Shown piece after piece: positions 20,592 to 27,309 of a stretch of DNA of 32,568 nucleotides. A program made the position numbers and the translations under genes. Origin of the DNA: Prevotellaceae bacterium. Its GTDB lineage: Bacteria; Bacteroidota; Bacteroidia; Bacteroidales; UBA932. Positions within the stretch are counted from its first letter, which is position 1. Every line of letters starts with the position of its first letter. The stretch lies in contig JAISDK010000117.1 of the NCBI GenBank assembly GCA_031264875.1, positions 1 to 32,568 on the forward strand. Direction: 5' to 3'. The notes under the pieces were generated by a model. The model saw only the letters and a list, made by a program, of their open reading frames with translations. It did no database searches and had not been told where the DNA came from.

Positions 20592-22325
20592 ATGGGAATT
20601 AACAATTTTACACCGGAATTATATAAAGTACTGCAGGAAGTCCATCAATCGTTGCAGGAAGTAAATCAAAATGTATCAATAATTCAACAAACTTTATCGA
20701 AAACAGTCGAAATCTTGCAGGGATACACAGCCTTGCAGGAACCGGTTGAAGATACTCAGGAATCGGCCAAAGATCTGCAGGAACCAGCCAAAGATCTGCA
20801 GGAACCGGCCAAAGATCTGCAGGAACCGGCCAAAGACCTGCAGGAATCGGCCAAAGATCTGCAGGAATCGGCCAAAGACACGCAGAAATCGGCCAAAGAC
20901 ACGCAGAAATTGGACGAAGCCCCTCCAGTACCGGACGAAATTTCGACAGAATCAAATGTATTAGAAGTTCAAAATACGCAAGCAAACATGAAGTTAGGAC
21001 AAGAAAACAATACTCCCGAAAACAGGGAAGAAGCAAAAAACAGAGCCTTTGATATTCAAATAAAAAATAAGGATATAAAATTCCCTCCCGGAAAAATAAA
21101 CCAGCAATATGCAATCAACTTTGACATTAAAAATCTCGGAATGCCGGATCTTGCAGAAGTTTCGTTCAAGGGACTGGAAGATGTTGGGTTACGATATTTT
21201 CCCGAAGACGGACAAATAAAGGGTATTCCGGTACAGGCAGGCGAACACAAAATCACAATGCTGTGTAAACGCAATGACTGGACGGAGGGACGGCCTGTTT
21301 TCGAGCGGGACATTAATCTTATTATCAATCATGACCCGCGTTCGCTGTGGCACAATATTCCTACTCCAACAGATATCGAATATTACAAGCCCGACGAAGA
21401 CAGTGAATTTGTGAAAATCGAAAACATGGAAACGGAAACGTCCGAACCCGGCGAAGAAGAATACCGTAGAAAAAATATGATTGCAGCAAGTCAGCGCGGA
21501 CGCTCACATGCCCACGAAGGAAAACCCCGCGACGATGATTTTGCATTGAATTTCAACAAAGAAACAGGATGGTACACAATGGTTGTTGCCGACGGCGCCG
21601 GTTCGGCCAAATACTCGCGGAAAGGTTCCCGGATTGCCTGCGAAACAGCTATTGACGTTTGCAATACGCAATTAGACGTAAACAGCGAAGATTTTGAAGA
21701 AAACATCCGGCTTTTCGAAAAAGCCCAGTCTCCGGAAAATCACGAAAAAATCGTTAGAATACTCTACAACATTATTGGCCAGGCGGCATTCCAGGCATAT
21801 AAAAACATCCAGGAAGAAGCGGAAAAACAACGCTATAACCTGAAAGACTATTCCACAACCCTGATACTTTCGATCAGTAAAAAATTTGATTTCGGCTGGT
21901 TCATCGCCGCATTTTGGGTAGGCGACGGAGGAATAGGCATTTACCGTAAAGAGCCGGAATACCTGAAAATACTTGGAGAACCCGACGGAGGCGAATTTGC
22001 AGGACAGACGAGGTTTTTGACAATGAACGAAATATTTGTATGGAAAAGCATGTCTAAACGCTTGCGTTTCGACATCGTGCCGGATTTTACCGCACTGGTT
22101 CTCATGACTGACGGTGTGACTGACCCGAAATTCGAGACCGACGCCAGCCTCAACAGCACCGGCAAATGGCATACATTGTGGGACGACCTGCAGGGAAAAA
22201 ACGAGGAAAATGCAAAAGTCGATTTTACAGGCGACATAGAACAGTCGGCACATCAATTGCTTAAATGGCTGGATTTCTGGTCGCGGGGTAATCACGACGA
22301 CAGAACGATTGCAATTTTATTTTAA
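20592..22325 (+). CDS. PP2C-family Ser/Thr phosphatase with an N-terminal heptad-repeat region and an Ig-like segment
   Basis: PP2C-like motifs are present (RGRSHAHEGKPRDDDF, VVADGAGSAKYS, LMTDGVTD, DDRTIAILF). I prefer the ATG at 20592, 11 nt after the vWA stop. The ORF-track start at 20505 would overlap the vWA gene by 76 nt. Confidence 0.75.
   Translation: MGINNFTPELYKVLQEVHQSLQEVNQNVSIIQQTLSKTVEILQGYTALQEPVEDTQESAKDLQEPAKDLQEPAKDLQEPAKDLQESAKDLQESAKDTQKSAKDTQKLDEAPPVPDEISTESNVLEVQNTQANMKLGQENNTPENREEAKNRAFDIQIKNKDIKFPPGKINQQYAINFDIKNLGMPDLAEVSFKGLEDVGLRYFPEDGQIKGIPVQAGEHKITMLCKRNDWTEGRPVFERDINLIINHDPRSLWHNIPTPTDIEYYKPDEDSEFVKIENMETETSEPGEEEYRRKNMIAASQRGRSHAHEGKPRDDDFALNFNKETGWYTMVVADGAGSAKYSRKGSRIACETAIDVCNTQLDVNSEDFEENIRLFEKAQSPENHEKIVRILYNIIGQAAFQAYKNIQEEAEKQRYNLKDYSTTLILSISKKFDFGWFIAAFWVGDGGIGIYRKEPEYLKILGEPDGGEFAGQTRFLTMNEIFVWKSMSKRLRFDIVPDFTALVLMTDGVTDPKFETDASLNSTGKWHTLWDDLQGKNEENAKVDFTGDIEQSAHQLLKWLDFWSRGNHDDRTIAILF
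20751..20918 (+). repeat. Eight tandem 21-bp coding repeats encoding the heptad D(L/T)Q(E/K)(S/P)AK
   Basis: Units begin at 20751, 20772, 20793, 20814, 20835, 20856, 20877 and 20898. Units 3 and 4 are identical and the others differ by 1-5 nt. The repeat is in frame with the phosphatase ORF. Confidence 0.95.
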
Positions 22326-22337
22326 ATATAAACACTT

Positions 22338-23834
22338 ATGGCACAGACTATAAAAATTACAGCAACCGACGGCTCGACCGTTGAGTTCATCGACGAAATA
22401 ATTGGAGCGGGAGGCATGAAAGACGTGTATTTCAGTCCCGACAAATCGTATGTTGTAGCCTTTTTCAGAGATAAGCAGGACTTTAACGCTAAAGACCGGC
22501 TGCAGAACATCACCGGAATTTACCGCGACAAAATATTCAAATCGGAAGGCGGAAACTACTGGCAAGACCTGTATTGCTGGCCTACTAAAATCGTGGAATA
22601 CAACGGAAAGCTGGGTTTAGTCAGCCCTACGTATCAAAAACAGTTTTTTTTCGCAAAAGGTTCCATCAACAATGATATGAATGGAATTAAAGGAAAGGAA
22701 AAGGAAGGAAAATGGTATGCTTCGGCCAAGAATCAAAATAAGATTCTCGCTCCGGAAGAAAAAGGCGACTGGTTCAAATATTTTCAGGTACTCATACGCA
22801 TAAGCCGCGCTGTCAGGCGACTGCATGCCGCCGGACTGGCTCACTCGGATCTGTCGTACAAAAATGTACTGATCGACCCGACTTCGGGCAAAGCCGCAAT
22901 CATCGACATCGACGGCCTGGTAGTTCCCGGAAAATACCCGCCCGATGTGCTTGGCACTCCCGACTTTATAGCGCCGGAAGTGATTTCCACAAAGCATCTG
23001 AAACTCGGCGATCCGGCACGGAAACTGCCCAGCATTGCCACCGACAAGCACGCTTTGGCCGTGATGGTATATATGTATCTGCTGTACAGGCATCCACTGC
23101 GAGGAGGAAAAGTATGGGACCTGGATACCGCCAAAGACGAGGAACTGTCGATGGGATTAAAGGCTTTATTCGTCGAGCATCCTAAAGACAAAGCCAACCG
23201 TGTTAAAATAAGCGATCTGCATCCGGGATGCCTGCCACAGGGCGACCCCGGAAAAATACCATATACCGTATGCGGCCCCTATCTGAAGAAACTGTTTGAC
23301 AGGGCATTTATTGATGCCCTGCACAACCCCCTGGCGCGTCCCACTGCAAACGAATGGGAAGATGCACTGCTGAAAACGGTAGATTTAATGCAGCCATGCC
23401 AAAATCCGGGATGCACCCACAAATGGTTTGTCTTCGATAACTCCACGAAACCGAAATGTCCGTTCTGCGGAACTGAATATCGAGGCGTTCTGCCCGTTCT
23501 CAACCTGTATTCCTCGCGGAGAGCAGGCTCGTTTACGCCCGACGACTACCGGCTAATGGTGTATCACAATCAGTATCTGTATCAATGGCATTCAAACAGA
23601 AACGTTTTCCCGAATGAACGGCTGACCGACGACCAGAAGAAACCCGTCGGATACTTTGTTTTCCACAAAGGTAAATGGATGTTGATAAACCAGAGGCTTA
23701 ACAGTTTGGAAGATAAAACGGAAGGTAAAACAATTCCTGTTGGCCAGGCAGTCGAACTGTCCGACGGAAAACAGATTCTGCTGTCGAAGGAAGACGGGGG
23801 AAGACTGATCATTGTGCAGCTTGTGAAAAACTGA
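22338..23834 (+). CDS. Hanks-type Ser/Thr protein kinase-like protein with a C-terminal Zn-ribbon and a beta-rich (FHA-like?) tail
   Basis: 498 aa. It has the Gly-loop IGAGGMKDVY, the catalytic loop HSDLSYKNVLI (Asp codon at 22848-22850) and a DFG-equivalent IIDIDG (22905-22916). GTPDFIAPEV is the APE motif. The tail carries CQNPGC...CPFCG. Confidence 0.75.
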   Translation: MAQTIKITATDGSTVEFIDEIIGAGGMKDVYFSPDKSYVVAFFRDKQDFNAKDRLQNITGIYRDKIFKSEGGNYWQDLYCWPTKIVEYNGKLGLVSPTYQKQFFFAKGSINNDMNGIKGKEKEGKWYASAKNQNKILAPEEKGDWFKYFQVLIRISRAVRRLHAAGLAHSDLSYKNVLIDPTSGKAAIIDIDGLVVPGKYPPDVLGTPDFIAPEVISTKHLKLGDPARKLPSIATDKHALAVMVYMYLLYRHPLRGGKVWDLDTAKDEELSMGLKALFVEHPKDKANRVKISDLHPGCLPQGDPGKIPYTVCGPYLKKLFDRAFIDALHNPLARPTANEWEDALLKTVDLMQPCQNPGCTHKWFVFDNSTKPKCPFCGTEYRGVLPVLNLYSSRRAGSFTPDDYRLMVYHNQYLYQWHSNRNVFPNERLTDDQKKPVGYFVFHKGKWMLINQRLNSLEDKTEGKTIPVGQAVELSDGKQILLSKEDGGRLIIVQLVKN

Positions 23835-23848
23835 CAGCCGTTTTCCGT

Positions 23849-24523
23849 ATGATACAGCATATTTCCTTTGACTTGTGGCTGACCTTGATTAAATCAAACC
23901 CTCTTTTCAAGCGCAAAAGAGCGGAAATGATTGCCGACAGCTTCCGTCCCAAAAATATGAACGTGGAACAGATTGAAGCCCTTGTCCAGCAAAAAGACAG
24001 GGTGTTCGACAGATATAATGAAATGACCGGAGTAAAAATACCGGCGCGCTTCATGTATCTCAGCGTACTGAAAGCCATCGACCCGCAATCCCGCAATGCT
24101 GATATCGAAAGCGTCCTCTGGCTGATGCTACAGTCCAATGAACTGCTAATGGACTATCCTCCACAGCTTTTAAACGATAAGATACCCGATATTCTCAAGG
24201 CTCTGCAGTCGGAAACCGGAAGCCTCAACATTGGAAGCAATACGGGATACATGGAAGGGTCGATACTGCGCAGAGTATTGAAAAAGATGGGCATATATGA
24301 TTTCTTTACCTTTTTTGTGTTTTCGGACGAAATACAGGCATCAAAACCGTCACCTGCTTTTTTCCAGTCAATTCTCGATAGAACCAGCTTCCCGAAATCC
24401 GGAATATTACATATCGGCGACAATCTGAAAACCGATTACCGCGGAGCCGTAAAATTCGGCTTCAAGGCGATACTGCTTACTGACTCAAATTATACTTTAC
24501 ATGACATTAAATCAAAACTCTAA
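23849..24523 (+). CDS. HAD-superfamily hydrolase with an atypical motif I (FDLWLTL)
   Basis: 224 aa. The motif I nucleophile Asp8 codon is at 23870. Motif II is GSNTG, the motif III Lys is in ASKPSP, and motif IV is HIGDNLKTDYRGA. Confidence 0.7.
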   Translation: MIQHISFDLWLTLIKSNPLFKRKRAEMIADSFRPKNMNVEQIEALVQQKDRVFDRYNEMTGVKIPARFMYLSVLKAIDPQSRNADIESVLWLMLQSNELLMDYPPQLLNDKIPDILKALQSETGSLNIGSNTGYMEGSILRRVLKKMGIYDFFTFFVFSDEIQASKPSPAFFQSILDRTSFPKSGILHIGDNLKTDYRGAVKFGFKAILLTDSNYTLHDIKSKL

Positions 24524-25379
24524 CCGAGAAATTATACGGTTTTCGGCACATCAAATCGATTCTCCCGACAGGTTCGACTTTTCGCCCGAAGAATATTCCA
24601 TATTCAAATACGGATCCGCAAATATTGCCCGCAAATTCGGGTACGAACTGGCCGACAGTTTCATTAAAAACTGCTTTTCACACCGTTACGACGGACAACC
24701 CGTCGCCATTCTCTCAAGCGCATACTCGCATATACCTACGGCGTCATTTTACATGAAAAATTTTTTCGCGGACAAGCTGAACGGATTCCTTTTCAGGAAT
24801 AATTTCCCGGTTGCGGAAGAGATTAAAATCCACCGTACAGTGACATACAGGGAAGATTACGGCGAAATGTCGGCAGACGAAAGGTACAGCCTGATCAAAG
24901 GCGACAAATTTTATGTCGATAAAAACCGTGTCGGCAATAAACTTCTCATATTTCTCGACGACATAAGGATAACAGGCACGCACGAAAGGATTATTGTCAA
25001 AATGCTTGATGATTACGGGATCTTCAACCCGTGCTTCATGCTGTTTTTTGCCGAACTGGCCGACAGCCGGATTCATCCTAAAATAGAAAATACGCTTAAC
25101 AATGCCTTTGTAAAAAAGCCGAGTGACCTCGAATGTATTATACGCAGCGGGCAATTCAGCTTTAACACCAGAACGGTCAAATTTATACTGAACAGCAGCC
25201 ATGATGAATTTGACAGCTTCGTGGCAAAAAGAGACAGCAGCTTTATCAGCGCCCTGTACTATAATGCCATAGGAAACGAATACTACCGCTTTCCTTCCTA
25301 CAGCCGGAACCTGATGCGGCTGATGGAACTGTGTGACATGCCGGCTGACAACGCTGAAGCGCCTCCCGGTTTTTTATAG
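24501..25379 (+). CDS. Phosphoribosyltransferase (PRTase) family protein
   Basis: 292 aa. The PRPP-binding signature is LLIFLDDIRITGTHE (about nt 24943-24987). The ATG overlaps the HAD gene by 23 nt, which suggests translational coupling. Confidence 0.65.
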   Translation: MTLNQNSNREIIRFSAHQIDSPDRFDFSPEEYSIFKYGSANIARKFGYELADSFIKNCFSHRYDGQPVAILSSAYSHIPTASFYMKNFFADKLNGFLFRNNFPVAEEIKIHRTVTYREDYGEMSADERYSLIKGDKFYVDKNRVGNKLLIFLDDIRITGTHERIIVKMLDDYGIFNPCFMLFFAELADSRIHPKIENTLNNAFVKKPSDLECIIRSGQFSFNTRTVKFILNSSHDEFDSFVAKRDSSFISALYYNAIGNEYYRFPSYSRNLMRLMELCDMPADNAEAPPGFL

Positions 25380-25428
25380 CAAAACATTACATCCCGAAAC
25401 TTATTTTGTGTATTAATTGCATTTTTAC

Positions 25429-25436
25429 TACGTTTG
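25429..25436 (+). promoter_or_regulatory. Candidate -7 box TAcgTTTGcg upstream of the nuclease-tpx pair
   Basis: tacgtttgcg lies 112 nt upstream of the ATG at 25548. Confidence 0.25.
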
Positions 25437-25547
25437 CGCTGTAGAATTATTCGGGTAATTCAGTTCGTTCAACAACATTTACAGTTAGGTAACTGATTTG
25501 CCATTTTTTTGCAGGAGTGTTATTTACAAATTATTTTCATATTGATT

Positions 25548-26084
25548 ATGGACAAAGTAAGATTAGTTGTTAAAGGTATTTCAGGCAACCGTGACAAGCC
25601 CGAAATATATGTTTTGATACTCGGAGAACAGGGCGAAAACCATGTTTTTCCCGTGGTTTTGGGATTTTATGAAGCGCAATCCATTGCCTTTTGCCTGGAA
25701 AATTCCGTTTCCAGGCATCCTTTTATCCACGACCTGTTTTTTGAACTCGCGCGCCTTTGCAACACCGAAATCCTGGAAGTGTTCATAAAAGATTTCCGAG
25801 AATCCAGCTTCTATGCGGAAATACTCTGTTTCAACGGAAAAACATATACCAGCTTCAACCTGCGGCTGTCCGATGCCGTCGCGCTGTCTCTCCGCTTCAA
25901 ATGTCCCATTTTCACAACAAAAGAAGTGCTTGACATGGTAGGAGTAAAGGTCTCGCAGAACAACAGCACTCTACTGGGGCAGTTCAGCATGGAAGAACTG
26001 TTGAACAAACTTAACGATGCGGTGCAGATCGAAGACTACGAAATGGCTATAACTATAAGAAACGAAATAAGAAGCCGTAAATAA
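25548..26084 (+). CDS. Bifunctional nuclease family protein (DUF151) with a C-terminal UVR motif
   Basis: The N-terminus MDKVRLVVKGIS...YVLILGE...PVVLGFYEAQSIA matches the family. The C-terminal EELLNKLNDAVQIEDYEMAITIRNEI is UVR-like. I prefer the ATG at 25548 over the TTG at 25509. Confidence 0.7.
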   Translation: MDKVRLVVKGISGNRDKPEIYVLILGEQGENHVFPVVLGFYEAQSIAFCLENSVSRHPFIHDLFFELARLCNTEILEVFIKDFRESSFYAEILCFNGKTYTSFNLRLSDAVALSLRFKCPIFTTKEVLDMVGVKVSQNNSTLLGQFSMEELLNKLNDAVQIEDYEMAITIRNEIRSRK

Positions 26085-26114
26085 ACAGTATTTTAAATAT
26101 AAACACGATTTATC

Positions 26115-26936
26115 ATGACAGGAATAACATTTAGAGGCGAGCCTGTGACTATTACAGGACACGAAACAAAAACGGGACAGACAGCTCCCGACTTCACCCT
26201 GACCGGAGTAGCTATGGACCCCGTGAAACTGTCCGATTTTAAGGACAAGGTAAAAATCATATCGGTATTTCCCTCAATCGATACCGGTGTATGCGCCCTG
26301 CAGACCAAACGGTTCAACAGGGAAGCCGCAAAGCTTGGCGAAGACATTGTGATTATTTGCATATCGAAAGACTTGCCTTTTGCGCAGAGCCGGTTCTGCG
26401 GAGCCGAAGGTATCGACAGGGTGGTAACGCTGTCGGATTACAAAAACAACGAATTTGGTGAAAAATACGGCTTCCTGATAGACGAACTCGGACTGCTGAC
26501 CAGAGGTGTCGTTGTGATCGACAGGGACAATGTGGTGCAATATGTTGAATACGTGAAGGAAGTTGCCGAAGAACCCGACTACCGCAAAGCTATCGAAGAA
26601 GCCAAAAATGCCCTGTACCCCACGTCTGCCGATTTGGCCGCAAAACTCGAAAACGCGGGACTGTCAGGCGAACAGGCGGAACAGGCGCTCAATATTTTAA
26701 GAAATCATCTGGAAAAACGCCTGCCTGCATTCGTCGGGGAACATCTTACGGAAATATTCGAAGGTAAAAAACTTGACCTTACTGATATATTGAGAAATCA
26801 GGCAGAAGAGTTTACCGGCGAAGTAAAGGATGCGCTGGGTAAACTGGCCGACAAAACGGAAGAAGTTTCAGGCAAATTTTCGGACAAGGCAGAACAGGCA
26901 TTTGCCAAAATTACCGAGTTCTTTGCAAACAAGTGA
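26115..26936 (+). CDS. tpx: Thiol peroxidase (Tpx, atypical 2-Cys peroxiredoxin) with a helical C-terminal extension of about 105 aa
   Basis: Residues 1 to about 167 are full-length Tpx (APDFTL, SVFPSIDTGVC, FCGAEGI). The Tpx-like end reads EPDYRKAIEEAKNAL. The ORF then continues without a stop for about 105 more residues. Confidence 0.8.
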   Translation: MTGITFRGEPVTITGHETKTGQTAPDFTLTGVAMDPVKLSDFKDKVKIISVFPSIDTGVCALQTKRFNREAAKLGEDIVIICISKDLPFAQSRFCGAEGIDRVVTLSDYKNNEFGEKYGFLIDELGLLTRGVVVIDRDNVVQYVEYVKEVAEEPDYRKAIEEAKNALYPTSADLAAKLENAGLSGEQAEQALNILRNHLEKRLPAFVGEHLTEIFEGKKLDLTDILRNQAEEFTGEVKDALGKLADKTEEVSGKFSDKAEQAFAKITEFFANK

Positions 26937-26961
26937 ACCGCTGTATTGAAAAAAAGATTTG

Positions 26962-26988
26962 AACGCCCGTCGTATGACGGGCGTTTTG
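26962..26988 (+). terminator. Rho-independent terminator after tpx
   Basis: The stem aacgcccgtc / gacgggcgtt (26962-26971 / 26976-26985) closes a gtat loop and is followed by tt. Confidence 0.6.
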
Positions 26989-27266
26989 CCTATAAGTCTT
27001 AAAGTCTTTAAGGACTTTAAAGTCCTTAAGATTGACAGGCAATAGCCCTGAAATAGCATGAAATAACCGGTTTACACTCTTTTCAGGGTTTTACTTTGCT
27101 TATCGTGTTTTCTATAGTAATTTCAATCTTGCGGGTTTTGCTGTCGATATTCATATCATATAATATCCTAACTGTGTGTTCATTCTAACTGTGTTACATG
27201 AGAACAAAAATCTGTATTACCGGCACGATGCTCAAATGAAATTCGGTTGATATAATAAAGAATCCT

Positions 27267-27274
27267 TACCTTTG
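27267..27274 (+). promoter_or_regulatory. Candidate -7 box TAccTTTGcg upstream of guaA
   Basis: tacctttgcg lies 36 nt upstream of the ATG at 27310. Confidence 0.4.
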
Positions 27275-27309
27275 CGCTTATTTTAAAAGTACAGATAACA
27301 TTTAGTTAA

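Noticed and set aside
20751-20918. Is there a relationship between the two 21-bp-period arrays, coding at 20751 and non-coding at 13383?
   Set aside because: They share the same period but have no sequence similarity. One is in frame as a heptad repeat and the other is a palindrome array, so the match is coincidental.
21672-22295. Long antisense ORFs lie inside real genes: 21672-22295, 1385-1981, 17121-17651, 9237-9755, 27684-28223, 31840-32388 and 24744-25202.
   Set aside because: Each lies opposite or out of frame within a CDS that has strong family motifs. The products are low in complexity with no recognisable motifs, so they are shadow ORFs.
26991-27060. Overlapping alternative hairpins (aaagtc/gacttt, aaggac/gtcctt) follow the tpx terminator and loosely resemble 345-375.
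   Set aside because: The similarity to the repeat family is short and low in complexity (gacttataag, gcaatagc). It is not enough to call another copy.
27168-27193. A direct repeat ctaactgtgt occurs twice upstream of guaA, possibly an operator or riboswitch.
   Set aside because: There are only two 10-nt copies, no purine-riboswitch-like conserved core is visible, and the repeat lies upstream of the candidate promoter.
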